Shown here: positions 1-13,999 of the stretch, piece after piece | Position numbering within the stretch: the stretch's first letter is position 1 | How the letters are laid out: every line of letters begins with the position of its first letter | NCBI GenBank assembly: GCA_964016885.1 | Contig: OZ024743.1 | Coordinates: forward strand, 232,376,001 to 232,440,000 | Direction: 5' to 3' | DNA length: 64,000 nucleotides | Origin: Eledone cirrhosa | Taxonomy: Eukaryota | Made by a program: the position numbers and the translations under genes | The notes under the pieces: generated by a model | The model's database searches: none | Told to the model about the DNA's origin: nothing | What the model saw: only the letters and a program-made list of their open reading frames with translations

Positions 1-2952
1 TAATAATAATGTTAATGGTAGGAACAACGACAACCATAATAACAATAATAGCACACACACAACTATGACGATAGATATAATGACAACCTCTTAGAGAAAC
101 TATTCTTCAACCCAGCTGACAAATCATATCAGATGAGTAAAATTTATCCTACGAGGTTACCCTTTAATAAAAGGGTTTGTATACCACAACAAATAGATGA
201 CGAGACAGAGGCACAGTTCACCATGGCTAGAAATAAGATTAAACAAATAGTAGACCGATATACTAAGAGACAAAGCAGGCCAGAGGTCCAACAACTTGGA
301 AGGAAACCTGTAGAAGGCTTAGTTAGCCTCAAGCAGCGCACAAGGGATGGTGAGGTAGTATGTCTACCCTCAGATAAGTCTGGTAGCATGTCAATAGACA
401 GCATGCCGAACTACATCAAGGCTATGCAACACCGCATCACCAAACACGAGCGAAATTACACAACAAACACACGAGGAGAGAGAGAAGATCCTCAACGCGC
501 ACATGATGATGTAGACCGACATCCTAAAGCAAGCAGTCGCACTGCCAACAATTTCCAGGCGTCTAACAATGACATACCACCCTTCTATGGGCTCCGCAAA
601 GACCATAAGACAGTCGACGACCCGAAAACAGAACCACCAACAAGACCTGTATGCGGAGTCAATATCGCTATCAACTACCGGATCTCCTACTTCCTCTCAA
701 TGGTTATACGCCCCATAATGAAGATGTCCCCAGATGTATGTGACAGTACAGAGGACCTCCTCAGCAGAAACAGTGAGTGCAACAAAAACAAAGACCTATC
801 CAACTGCATAATAGGCAGTATGGACGTGGTATCCCTATATTCCTCCATTAACATTGATTTTGCGGTGGAAAAATGTGTGGAGATGATCAGTGAGAGTGAG
901 GTGGTGTTCTGCGACATTGACACAGATGATTAATCTGGGCCTCCTACTTAGACTTATCTATGAGACCAACAACCTAGACAGCCATGGCCTTAGCCGTTTC
1001 TGCCCCAGTAGACCCATAAGAGGTAGACCCTCCACCCCCCACCATAACCTCAATGGCAAAAATGACTCCCGTGGGAAGGTGGTTGGGTGGACCAAAGCCA
1101 TACGGACCCCCCAAAACAATGATCAGGTAAGAAAAATGTTCACGCATACAATAGGGGCTAGTATTAAAACTACGCTAAAGAGCCACATATTCAAAAGATC
1201 TACACCCAAAATGAGGGAGCAGCAATTGGCATCAGCATAGTTGGTGACGTTGCTAAACTTTTTATGGTATGGTGGGAAAGGAGACTCAAAGATCTCCTTG
1301 ATGAGAGGTCCATAGATCTCCTCATGTACTCTCGTTACGTAGACGATATTAATATATTAATAAGGACACCCCCACAAGAGAGTACTAACAAGTATGAGCT
1401 AGAATGTTGCACAATGGAAAGCATCCAGCAGATAGCTAACTCCATACACCAGAGTATAACTGTAACTATCGACTATCCTTCCAAACAACCTAACAGTAGA
1501 CTACCTGTATTAGACACAGAACTCTGGATTAACACTATAGACGAGAGGGCCCAAATTCTCCACTCACACTACACTAAACCCATGGCCTCCAAATACCTGA
1601 TACTCAAAAACTCAGAAATGTACAGTAGTGCTAATTTAATATTCTGATCGCAGACTTGGTACGAGTGATGAAGAACGTGTCCCGCATGTGCGACCCAACA
1701 GAAATGGAAAGACACATCCAATACTTCATCAACCGCATGCAGTACTCTGCCTACAACCAAAGAGGCAGAATCAGAGTATACAAAGGAGCCACGGAGAAGT
1801 ATAAGACCCGCATAGAACTGGACATGAAAGGAATTTGCCCATTATACAGGAACAAATCATGGAATAGCTTAGATAGGGTTAAACATAAGATAGGGAAAGC
1901 CACCTCATGGTACGACAACCAGAGATACCAGAGTGTGATGTTCGTGGAAGCTACCCCTGGAGGGAAATTCGATAACCAGTGTAGAAAGGCCCCGAGAAAG
2001 ACTCACTTAAAGATTAAAGTGGTAGAAAAGCCAGGAACTACCATAAAATCCCTGATCAGCAAAACATACCATTTTAAGAAAACCCACTGTACTAATAGGA
2101 AATGTGTTATATGTAAAGTAACCCCCCAGATAAACTGTAGAACTTGAAACGTAGTCTATAGCATAAGATGTACAGAGGGTACCTGCAGAAACATGACAAC
2201 AACATACATAGGCGAGACAGCTCGTAGCATAGTTGAAAGGATAGGCCAACACTGGAGGGAGCTAAAAGGACGAAAAAACGGTTCAGTACTATACCAACAT
2301 GCTAGACAACAACATGACGGTAACATAGACAACATAGAAATTAAAATAATATCTAAACATAGAAATGACCCAGCAGATAGGCAAATCAGAGAGGCCAGTA
2401 AAATAGAGCTTAGAAGACCAAAGCTAAACAGAAACAATGAATGGAATAAAAACAACACCCAAACAAACAATACTGACTTAAGAGAAATATAAAGAAATAA
2501 ATAAATATATATATACACAAGCACAATAACAACAAACACATATAAACACACACTAGTAAACTAAGATAGAATACAATAACCAAAAAGCAGTCACCCAAAC
2601 GCGAACACACACCAAACACTATACACACACGCAAACGCATGCGCAGAGAAGAAGACAAAAATAAATAGACAAAATTAAAATGGCGTAGATATACAATACA
2701 ACAGGAGGAACATAATAGTACCACTGACGATGTTGCAGATGTGCAACGAAAGAACTTTGTTAGACTATATATATGTGTTTATATCTATACTATATCTGTA
2801 TTTTTGACTGTTGGTCAGTCAATGGTAAACCTTGAGGACCGAATGAATTAACTGATATAAAAGATACAGAAGAGAAAAGCACCCAAACAGTGAGTGTGTT
2901 CTGTTATTAATTCTGGCAATATAATTATAACAATGTGACCCTCCCCAAGTAA

Positions 2953-2957
<5 letters not shown>
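1..2957 (+). mobile_element. Penelope-like element (PLE family A), frameshifted RT + GIY-YIG endonuclease with 3' pLTR
   Basis: ORF pieces 133-933 (PSDKSG, PPFYGLRKDHK, GSMDVVSLYS), 1264-1647 (YSRYVDD, LPVLDT), 1656-2147 (CxxxxCxxC) and 2193-2492 (YIGETARSIVERIGQH...REA...LN, GIY-YIG). Ends in (TA)n; hammerhead in the 3' repeat. Confidence 0.93.
2715..2768 (+). ncRNA. Type I hammerhead ribozyme motif, family A (partly decayed)
   Basis: CTGACGA-t-GTTGCA gatg TGCAAC-GAAA. Stems I and III are imperfect. The same motif is at 29376-29429 (+) and 42217-42270 (-). Confidence 0.7.
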
Positions 2958-2990
<33 letters not shown>

Positions 2991-3287
2991 ACTAGAAATA
3001 GATTGACATATATATATATATAAAATAATCATATGGAACAATCACAGGGAATAAATTGTAAAGTATGCAAGCACACATGGCTAGGTATGTAACCAATTAA
3101 AGTTTAACTAGAACTTCAAATATAGATACCTTTTAAAATGATTAATCTCCTTTGTATATATTTCTTTAAATAAAAAATATATTTCACCAATTAATCACTA
3201 AATCACTGTAGTCAAATCCTGGATGGTGACCAAAGGAGAAGAAATAACTATCTAATTTTGGATATATATATATACAAATATATATAG

Positions 3288-3348
<61 letters not shown>

Positions 3349-3488
3349 GATGGGTAAATTGTAGTTACTAGCGTCCACATTGGTCGTAGCACTCGATGCT
3401 TTTACTGTCTCCCTCTGGTGCTCCAAGTTAAATGCGGCCGTATTTTGCAGAGTGTATATAAAGTAAGAATGTATATATATATATATAT

Positions 3489-4019
3489 ATGGGCGGGATG
3501 GAGGGCGTTCAACGGCATAAGGGTTGTGCTCAAGGGGAGGTTGGACAAGACCACTCGAGCAAACCTCTTCAATAGCACAGTTTTACCTGCAATGTTATAT
3601 GGCAGTGAAACTTGGGCTACAACGAAGAGAGAAGAGCAGAGGCTGGTAACGGCTCAAAGAGCCATGGAGAGATCAATGCTAGGAATCTCGTTGAGAGAGT
3701 ACATCAGGACCGAAGTCATCAGATAGAAGTCCGGCGTGAGGGACGTCATCGCGGAATATATGCGCAGCAGGTTCAGATGTGCTGGACACGTCGCCCGGTT
3801 CACCGATAATCGGTGGACCCGCGCAGCTGCCGAGTGGTACCCAGGCGAGCGGAAACGACCACTCGGAAGGCCTCCACGAGGGTGGACTTACGATTCTAAG
3901 AATACGATTGGGAATACATGATTGAGTAAAGCACGATCCAGAGAGAAATGGACGGCGTGCTGTACCAGCGGCGCTGAATGGACGCCCGACAGACTGGCGG
4001 TCAAGGTGATCAAGGTGAT
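3489..4019 (+). mobile_element. 5'-truncated RTE-clade LINE 3' fragment
   Basis: Translation RANLFNSTVLPAMLYGSETWATTK...AGHVARFTDNRWT...KRPLGRPP; short tandem tail (caaggtgat)2; flanked by (TA)n. Confidence 0.85.
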
Positions 4020-4034
4020 ATATATATATATATA

Positions 4035-4663
<629 letters not shown>

Positions 4664-4727
4664 GTGCAAAATTGGACGGGAACGAAAACAGAGAGGCAGA
4701 CAAATAAAGGTTTATTAGGATTACGCT

Positions 4728-4774
<47 letters not shown>

Positions 4775-5133
4775 TTGGAGGGTCAAGCTACGAGGTATAT
4801 ATATTCTTTAATGTTCTTTTTTCAAATGTACTCATACGCATACACACTCACACATGTGTGCGTGTGTATACATATATACATATATGTATATATACATGCA
4901 CACACTAATACACTTACACTATCACGTACCCTTAAATAAACAGTACATGATATGCCATTTGGGCAGCGAAGTGTATAAAGAAAATATTTACATTTTTTTC
5001 CGAGAACACAGGTGCTCAAACAGGAAATTCACACGAATTTCTAAACAGAAACATGCACTAAGTGTTATATTATAGACTACAAACGTACATATACAAACAT
5101 ACACACACATACACACATCTATCTATCAAAGAA

Positions 5134-5184
<51 letters not shown>

Positions 5185-5247
5185 CTGTATAATGTATATA
5201 TATATAATACACACACACACACAAATATATATACATCTACATATATA

Positions 5248-5315
<68 letters not shown>

Positions 5316-6320
5316 TATATTTGTAATAAAATGAATATATATATATATATTCATATATTTGTAATGAAATGAATATATCTATATATATATATGCATATGT
5401 GTATGTTCATATGGTGTATATGGTTGTATATTGGAGTATATGTGTGTGTGTATGTGTAGATGGATTGATGGATGGTTGTGTGTACTCGTATGTATAAGTA
5501 AATATAATTCTCGGAGGACGAAAGATGCAATAATAGTGAAACACTTTATATAAGAAATTTGACTCTACCAACAGTATTGTGACCTTTCATGTGTAAACGT
5601 TTGTTGTTATTTGTTATCTAACAACCATCACACATGTATATCATTTATATATATATATATATATATATCCGTGTGTGACAGAGAGAGAGAGAGTGTGTGT
5701 GTGTATGTGTGTGCAGGGAGTGAGAGAGAGGGGGATATGTATTTATTTATTTATGTATTTGTTATATATACTTTGTTGTTACTGCATACTCATGTGTTGG
5801 TTTAACCTGCCTCCTATTATGTTACTTCTCAAAGTAAATTTATTGGTGTTTTAACAAATAAAGCATAGTCCTATCATGTCACCATTTCTGCAACGTATAG
5901 AGCAGGAAAAGATATGCTTTCTCAGATATAACTAAAACTGTTAGTTCACATGCATCTACATGATATCGCTTTATCTCCTCTAACTTGGCATTTCGACATA
6001 TATGGATTGATGAAATAATTACTAAACTAGGCATAATATTATATCTGATATAACCCATATCAACGTAGCAACAACGCACTGACATCGCAGAAATACGTAT
6101 AACTGAATAAATTTAATTATGTAATAAGACAACACTGTTTTAATGTTCATTTGTATAAAGAGACATCCGTTGTGTTCTGCGTAATCCCATATCAGTATTG
6201 GATACATACAACCAACGTGGAGTGTTTAATTCCGATTACGCCGTAGAGGATGGATTGAAATGGTGCAAACATGACACTCACAATCTAATAAACACTTAGA
6301 TAAAGACAACTTAGATAAAG

Positions 6321-6389
<69 letters not shown>

Positions 6390-6467
6390 TATATTATATT
6401 TTGAGATTAAACTCTCAGTCGTTTACAATAAATCAGCTCCAAGAAAGGGGCATTTCCGAGCAGTTAA

Positions 6468-7153
6468 ATACATTAATATATATGATAAACACAAAACGTG
6501 TTTACATTGTAACAGACAAAGTTAGCTATCAATGAAATAAACTAATTAAAGTGAATACAATTTGTCTGTCTCGATATAAGTCAATAAAGAGAATCGAAAT
6601 GGAATTGAAATAAAAAGTGAAATATCCAAATCTTCTGCGCTTATCAACAGGAATCCAGTAAAATTAGTAAATTAGTAAATTTCACCATCAAAAATTTTGC
6701 AGGTCTGACTACACGTGTGTGTAGCCAGGCCAAACTAGCCGTCCCGCATTCCCGGTGCTAGAAATAACAGCCGTTTATGCGGGATTAAAGATCAGCTCTA
6801 CAGTTAAGGAGCAATATACTATATTATATTTTACTGGATTCCTGCTGATAAGCACAGAAGATTTGGATATTTCACTTTTCATTTCAATTCCATTTCGATT
6901 CTCTTTATTTTTCAATTCATGTACCATCGTTGCGAAACATATTTAGGTTTCGAAGTTCAAATTCATCTACGGAGCGGGTTTGGATTTTGAAATTTAGATT
7001 TGTCCAGGAATCACGGCCTTTGCCAATATAAGCTTGTCTTTATTGACTTATATCGAGACAGACAAATTGTATTCACTTTAATTAGTTTATTTCATTGATA
7101 GCTAACTTTGTCTGTTACAATGTAAACACGTTTTGTGTTTATCATATATATTA

Positions 7154-7160
<7 letters not shown>
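6468..7160. repeat. Nested inverted-repeat element between (TA)n tracts
   Basis: Outer arms ~6468-6590 / ~7036-7160 and inner arms ~6585-6665 / ~6828-6908 are near-perfect reverse complements. Confidence 0.85.
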
Positions 7161-7242
<82 letters not shown>

Positions 7243-8163
7243 GACGGGTAGATAGATAGACAGATAATATGGACCCAGGATACACAGATATATATATATA
7301 TACATGTTCGTGTACAATCAAAAGAAAAGAACAATCAACACATATGGAAGATGAAAATAATTATATTAAGAGTTTGACATATTTTTGCATTACCAAAGGG
7401 TCTGTGGCAGTAGATATGATCAACGTTTTACAGATACAATCTATATAAAAATATGTAAAATGTGAAACGGAGAAACTGGTGAACCGGCATTGTGGGATTA
7501 CGTGATGTTAATTCCGCTACTATAACACCATATCATAAGATGGTTGATTGAGCTTCATCGCCTACTTTAACATAGTTGATAGTTGTCTGTAAGTATTATT
7601 TTGTGTATCTGGCGTTGCTACAATATTATTGTTTATATCATTCTACTATGTCAGTTGCTGGTGTGACTTTAGCTTAGGGTTAAGAAGAAGTGTTCATCTG
7701 CTGAAGGCAGCCATGTGCTAGATTTTGGCGTTAAATAGGTGACGAAATGAATCTATTGTAAGATAAAAATCAACGGTCTGTTCTGCAATCTTCTTCCCGG
7801 TTCCCGACCAACAAATTTCTCTCGCAAGATTTACTGTTGTTGATATTGTACATGTTGCTAATCTTCCAGATATCGACGAATGTCATTGTGACTGAGGATG
7901 TTGTTGTTGCTGTTGCTATTGGACTTGTTGCTAATGTTACAGATTGTGATGCAAGTCATTATTAATACTGTTGTTAAGGACAGTATTGTTAGAGAGTGGG
8001 ACATTATCCTTTGCGGCATATAGTTACGGCCCTTTAAATTTTAAGTTTAAATCGCGCTGAGATTAGCTCTGCCTTTCATCCTTACGGGGTTGATAAAATA
8101 AAGCACCAGTAATGCACTGGGGTTGATTCAATCGACTTTCCAAAATTATTAATAATGTTGTTA

Positions 8164-8380
8164 GGGCGGTGGATTGGCAGTATCGGTAGAGCGTCGGACA
8201 CGATGATTTACGGCCCTCTCCGGTCTGAGTTCAAATCCCGCCGAGGTTAACTTTGCCTTTCATCCTTATGGGGTCGATACAATAAAGTACCAGTCACGAA
8301 CTGGGTTAATTTAATCGACTTTCCCCTCCCCAAAATAATTGCTGGCCTTGTGACTATATAAGAAACTATTATTACTATTG
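8164..8380 (+). mobile_element. tRNA-derived SINE with Deu/Nin-like central domain
   Basis: A box tggcagtatcggtag, B box gagttcaaatcc, core gcctttcatccttatggggtcgatacaataaagtaccag, (att)n-like tail. A partial copy lies at ~8020-8150. Confidence 0.85.
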
Positions 8381-8657
8381 TTCTTGTTGTTAATGTCACA
8401 GATATTGATAATGCTGATGTTGTAGTTTCTTTGTAACTATATATATATTTATTCATTAGGCTTATGGTGCCATGAAACAAGAATTTAGAATTAATCAAAA
8501 TAAATTGTTGCTATGTCCATACATTGTGTTTTTCCCATAATCAAGACTGCAGTATTTTTAAAGAGAAAAATCAACAGATTCTTGGAACGTTCATATTTTC
8601 TGAGACAGAGAGAGAACATGGGAACATCCTAGCAGAGGATAAATAAGAGGTTGTAAT

Positions 8658-9012
8658 CAGGACTGGAATTAGACCTTAGGGTGGAGGCACTTAAATTTTT
8701 TTGGGGGGTTTAGGGCACTTCAGTAAATCCCCCCCCCCTACCACCACCCCGACCACCACCCCACCCCACCCCCATATACAAATAGAAATAGAATACACAG
8801 CAAACCTCCAGTTTTATATGTAAACGTCAGCTTGGCACAAATAATTAGAATTGTAAAGTTATACATACAGGATTTAAATTCAAAAAATATAACCCTTCTA
8901 AAACTAACAAACAGCAGAGGGCACAAATAAACCGGTACGGCCGCCGCTGGTGCCCCCCTCTGCTGGGGACCTTTGCAATTGCCTCCTTTACCCCCCATTA
9001 AATCCGGCCGTG
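8658..9012. mobile_element. hAT-type MITE
   Basis: Degenerate TIRs caggactggaatta / taaatccggccgtg; 8-bp flanks gttgtaat / gttatgat (6/8 identical, probable TSD). Confidence 0.6.
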
Positions 9013-9259
9013 GTTATGATATTCAGTACGTTCGTCAACGCATGGGTAATCTAACCAATTTCGGAAATATATCTATATTTTGAAGTGTACATGAAATTGT
9101 CGAGATAGTTACCCAGCCTCATTTGGTTTTGTCATTTGCCTTGTTATTCACCAAAACCGAGATGCAACAAAGCTATAATAACCCTCTTCCCGACACACAA
9201 GCACACACACACAAATATATATATACATATATGTTTTTATATATATATGTGTGTGTGTT

Positions 9260-9338
<79 letters not shown>

Positions 9339-9359
9339 GTATATATATATATATGTATA

Positions 9360-9473
<114 letters not shown>

Positions 9474-10212
9474 TATATACATATATATATACACACAAAC
9501 ACACACAGCACAAACAAACAATTAAAAAAATACGCGCAACCACACATGCACAATTTTAATAACTTGACAGAACGTACCCACAGTGACCCCCAAACTAGTT
9601 AAAGGGATGCATATAAGAATATAGGCATTTAAGGCTGTTTATAGTTTCATATATTTATTCTAGTTGCTTTCTTAGATTGAGTATTTGTTTCTTACATACC
9701 AAATCCACGACAGATTAGCTAAACGTAAACAAATGAAATTAGAAAGGATTAAAGAAAATAAACGGAGGTTGATTGCTGTCCACATATTGTATGACGGGGG
9801 CGAACATTTGAAAAGATGGGGCAGCCTTTGATTAAAAGAATAGGGATGTTTATTTTGTTTTTCATAAACCCTCTCATCTTCAATTACGTTTGTCATTCAC
9901 AGAAGTCTGGTGAATATTCTGCCATACATACCAATCTTGAAACTAGAGTAGAGAGACTGCTTACATGGTTTTTAATTTCTTTACAAAATAATAGCTTTCG
10001 GTGTGACTGGGCACATATGTGTAAGGGATGTGAAAAATGGGATAAAAATCCTTAGCTTCTATCTGAAGCAGATTAGCGAGTGTAAATAAAGAGAGCAGGA
10101 TTCAGTGAGATTTGAAACCGCTTCGGCATTTTGAGTTGCAAAATTGAGCTGATTTATTGATTAAAAAACACATTTTCATACTTCCTGCTATTTGTTTCTT
10201 TACTGCTTCATA

Positions 10213-10415
10213 AATCCCGACGAGGTTAGCTTACGGGGTCGATAAAATAAAGCACCAGTAATGCACTGGGGTCGATTTAATCGACATTCTTCTCCCCCAT
10301 ATTGTTGGCATTGTGCCTAAATCTGAAACCATTATTATGTACGTAAAATAACTGTTTCTACTTTAGGCACAAGGCCAGCAAAATCCCCAGTTCATTACTG
10401 GCACTATATTTTATG
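10213..10415 (+). mobile_element. SINE fragments (same family; a + copy then a short - copy)
   Basis: aaatcccgacgaggttag...cggggtcgataaaataaagcaccag...gcattgtgcctaaa, then the inverted tttaggcacaaggccagcaa. Confidence 0.75.
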
Positions 10416-11083
10416 AAAGTTGATCCCTTGTAAAAGATGACACACTGTTTTTTGCTAAAAAGAATTCAGAATTTGAATTTTTATATATATCATGTGTATA
10501 AGTCGACCTTAGTCTGTCAAGATTTCTCATGCAGGCTATCATTCTGAATATAAATGTTACGATGTGGAATTTAATTTTTCTACATTATCATAAGTTGATG
10601 TAAGCAAGTGAAAATATTTCTGAGATACACAAACTTATTTATGGTTTTAGTAGTAGCAAGTGTAATTTGAACCATAGAATTGTCGGTTACAGTAATTCAT
10701 TATATTTATTTACTTTTTTATTATTATCATTATAATTATTTTATTTTTTTAATTTAGATACTATTTCAGCTTAATCATTCAGTATATAAAAACAAATAAA
10801 AAATAAATAAAACTGTCTAGAGAATTGGTACTTCGCAACAGTGTAAACTGCAAACCCTATCCTTTCTGCAAATCCAACGACTCCTTAACAAATGTAGTAC
10901 AAGAACAAGCAAAACTAGTCTGTTAAGAGTCATTAAAAAATTAAAATATCCACTCTGCAATAATGCATTGGGTAATGAGCCATCAATTATGATTTCTTCT
11001 CATTATATAAATGGGAGCATAAAAAAATTATATATATGTGTGTGTATGTATATATGTATGTATATATATACACACACACACAC

Positions 11084-11164
<81 letters not shown>

Positions 11165-11792
11165 AAGACAGAGATGGACAGAGAGAGATAGACAGATAAA
11201 TATGTACATGCAAACGTACTTGTATATTTATATATATCTATTCATCTATCAATCTATATATACACACACACAAACACTTATATATATGTGTGAATCACAC
11301 AGTTAGTAATAACAAGCGTGGGGAAATACGTATTCACATTCACTGCACAAAGTGCAAGCGTACACACCCATGACGAGACCAGCACACACAAACAGACAAG
11401 TGTGTGCTGAGACTGTCTCAATCATATTTATTCCAACAACCACTTTGCCTCTGATTTTATTCCGCCATTCCTCCATTATCACTGCTCCGCCCTCCTGCCA
11501 TTTAGTCTTATAATGTATAACAGCGACATATAGCTGTCCCCCTGGCACAAAACGAATGTCGGCAGTAATTTACATGTCAATAGAATTATCTTTATATTTT
11601 TATATATTTAGCACTTTATTTGAATATGTATGCATGTATGTATATAGGCATATATTTATTTATGTATATTCATATATATATATATATATATAATGCGTAT
11701 GTGTATTTGCGTAGACATATATATATAGACATACACACACACACACATATATATATAAATATATATACATATAACGCGTCTGTATATTTGTG

Positions 11793-11835
<43 letters not shown>

Positions 11836-11984
11836 ATATACGTGTGGGGGATGTAGTTGAGTGAGTGAGAGAGTGTATATATATGTGTGTGTATGCATGC
11901 CTATGTACAGACACACAGACATTAACACGCATACACAGCAATACCTCTCCACTTATCTACATATCGCATTTTCTCAAATATTAT

Positions 11985-12120
11985 TTACGTCCCTTTACGA
12001 TCTGAGTTCAAATCCCGACGAGGTTAACTTTGCCTTTCATCCATACGGGGGTCGATAAAATAAAGTACCAGTAATGTACTGGGTAATTGCTGGCCTTGTG
12101 CCAAAAGTAGAAACCATTTT
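11985..12120 (+). mobile_element. SINE 3' part
   Basis: ctgagttcaaatcccgacgaggttaactttgcctttcatcc...gctggccttgtgccaaaagtagaaacc. Confidence 0.8.
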
Positions 12121-12441
12121 TTACAATGATCGACCATCACAACGACAACATTTGAAATTTTCAATTTTCACAATCGGATGTTCACAGTTGTAGAGTCAGG
12201 GGTAAATCTTCAAAAAGACTGCAATTGGAGGCCAGAGACTCTAGCGTAATAGTTAACCTACTCAACCAGCGACAGATACGGGAATCCATTCCTCATAGGT
12301 CTCTCGGTCGCCATATATGTATACTAATGTCTGAAAACAAAACAAAAATGTGAAACTGGCTTGGGATTATAATTGCTTATAAAATGAAAAATATAAAAAC
12401 TGATTAAAGAAGACCCCCTAGAGCATATTCAGCCCCAAATG

Positions 12442-12528
<87 letters not shown>

Positions 12529-12541
12529 TATCTATCTATCT

Positions 12542-12615
<74 letters not shown>

Positions 12616-12661
12616 TGAATTATAAATACATATATACATATATATATATATGTATATATAC

Positions 12662-12898
12662 TTGTTTTGCGAGGTTTTTGATATGAAATCGTGTGTCGAA
12701 ACAAATATTGCTATATCTATATTATATCTGTATTTTTGACCGTTGGTCAGTCAATGGTAAACATTGAGGACCGAATGAATTAACTTTGGAGATATAAAAG
12801 ATACAGAAGCGAAAACCAACCAAACAGTGAGTGTATTCTGTTATTATTTTTGGCAATATTATTACTACAATATGAGCCTCCCCAAGTATAACAATATT
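12662..12898. mobile_element. Rearranged solo pLTR fragment of PLE family A
   Basis: 12725-12895 matches 2790-2957 (+); 12662-12715 matches the pLTR end in inverted orientation (compare 41972-42030). Confidence 0.75.
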
Positions 12899-12924
12899 TA
12901 TAGATATATATTTATATATAATAT

Positions 12925-13010
<86 letters not shown>

Positions 13011-13198
13011 TGTCTGACCCGAATTTTCTTGGTCGTTTTTTCGGCTGTGCGAGTGATTTGAAGCATTGTCTCAGTGTGTTGGTATTTAAACGTTAGTTAT
13101 AGCTCTGGTTTATCCAAACTATTGAGCACTTTGCCACGCATTTCGAAGATTGCGTTTCGTTATTTCGTGGGCCGAGATTCCGATTCTCGATAATTTAT

Positions 13199-13229
<31 letters not shown>

Positions 13230-13263
13230 TGCCTCCCTGTTTTGTTCCCGTCCAAATTTGCAC

Positions 13264-13295
<32 letters not shown>

Positions 13296-13390
13296 TTTTG
13301 AGTTTATGTTGGTTGTATACCAACACCTCAGTATACAGGCTGGAGCACTCGACGTAGTGCGCAGGTTAGTGTGGTTACTCCGGAGTAGTG

Positions 13391-13590
13391 TAAAATAAAG
13401 TTAAATAAAAGTCAAATGATTAAAATTTAGCTTCGTTTATTACTGCTATATATATTTCAGTGACAGCCATCTTTGGCTGTGACCTCTTCAAACTGCCTGA
13501 AGAGGTCACAGCCAAAGATGGCTGTCACTGAAATATATATAGCAGTAATAAACGAAGCTAAATTTTAATCATTTGACTTTTATTTAACTT

Positions 13591-13597
<7 letters not shown>
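13391..13597. repeat. Perfect ~100-bp-arm palindrome carrying a hammerhead
   Basis: Arms 13391-13490 / 13498-13597 with spacer aactgcc. Confidence 0.92.
13492..13546 (+). ncRNA. Type I hammerhead ribozyme, family B (intact)
   Basis: ACTGC-CTGAAGA-GGTCACAGCCA aaga TGGCTGTCACT-GAAA-TATATA-TA|GCAGT. All core nucleotides present; stem III ATATATAT is palindromic. Confidence 0.9.
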
Positions 13598-13658
<61 letters not shown>

Positions 13659-13999
13659 TCACATATATATATGTCGAAACGACCGGGGCTCAGCCGTCGG
13701 TCTTTCTGAATCTTTTCCTATTACCAACTCTACTTCCCCAAGTATCGAGTACTCTGGTGCGTTATTGTCCACCTGGTATCTTACCACACCCTCTTTGTTT
13801 ATATATATACATATGTATATATGTTTATCCTGGGCTCTACGGGGATAACTACGGTATGTATGTTACACAATACATACCATGGTATATCTATATATGTATA
13901 TATATACTATCGCTGGGATGGACACGTGTTAAACTTGCTCGGTAAGTTTTGTTTAAATGTCCTTAGAAATTTGTCATTGTGAACTTTTAATTTTATACC

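Noticed and set aside
8164-8245. tRNA gene (A and B boxes)
   Set aside because: No cloverleaf; it is the head of a multi-copy SINE.
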